A stretch of DNA of 64,000 nt, taken from assembly GCA_016188355.1 (NCBI GenBank), contig JACPHY010000003.1, positions 8,170 to 72,169 of the forward strand, read 5' to 3'. The notes under the pieces are model-generated. The model made no database searches, was not told where the DNA came from, and saw only the letters and a program-made list of their open reading frames with translations. Both the position numbers and the translations under genes were made by a program. Below, piece by piece: positions 63,925 to 64,000 of the stretch. Position 1 is the first letter of the stretch; every line of letters begins with the position of its first letter. Source of the DNA: Candidatus Uhrbacteria bacterium. Lineage in GTDB: Bacteria; Patescibacteriota; Patescibacteriia; JACPHY01.

Positions 63925-64000
63925 TGGGATGATCCGGAGTAGCAGAACACCGTCCGCTTCGTGCGGACGGTGTTTTTCTATTTCAGGGAGCGCAGTGTGG

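Overview
The window is high-GC bacterial chromosome around the replication origin. It contains the rpmH-rnpA-yidD cluster on the minus strand, dnaA, an AT-rich DnaA-box region that is the candidate oriC, dnaN, a class A PBP, tRNA-Cys, polA and purB. Housekeeping and central-metabolism genes fill much of the rest. They include RNase HII, a membrane H+-pyrophosphatase, trigger factor, a DsbD/CcdA-thioredoxin fusion, endonuclease IV, thioredoxin reductase, rpiB, rpe, a split transketolase, class II FBA, two PfkB kinases with a TrmB regulator, a 2-hydroxyacid dehydrogenase, a Ser/Thr kinase and an ECF sigma / anti-sigma / VIT-vWA triad. The taxon cannot be assigned from sequence alone. Gene content (split tkt, many small hypothetical ORFs) fits an uncultivated high-GC lineage, but that is inference.

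Two accessory-looking regions stand out.

(1) Positions 4.3-10.3 kb hold two tandem paralogous unknown genes plus a Rad3/XPD/DinG-like Fe-S helicase. The module sits between three non-coding tracts built from degenerate 12-mer repeats and a family of hairpins with a conserved loop and GTTTTC tail.

(2) Positions 17.05-26.4 kb form an island of at least 16 small same-strand ORFs with strong RBSs and no homology I recognise. Two families of conserved structured repeats (a ~60-nt direct repeat, 5 copies; a ~70-nt imperfect palindrome, 3 copies) are interspersed between them, with a candidate promoter-to-terminator small RNA at the left edge. This organisation resembles an integrase-less cassette array.

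Smaller observations are listed in the findings: a 2-gene insertion separating dnaA from the putative oriC/dnaN, a receiver-domain + DnaJ-type zinc-finger fusion, a family of three small coiled-coil paralogs, a Cys-rich 53-aa ORF and several strong hairpins.

Many long ORFs in the six-frame track are antisense artefacts of the high GC content and were rejected. Coordinates of hand-located motifs may be off by a few nucleotides.
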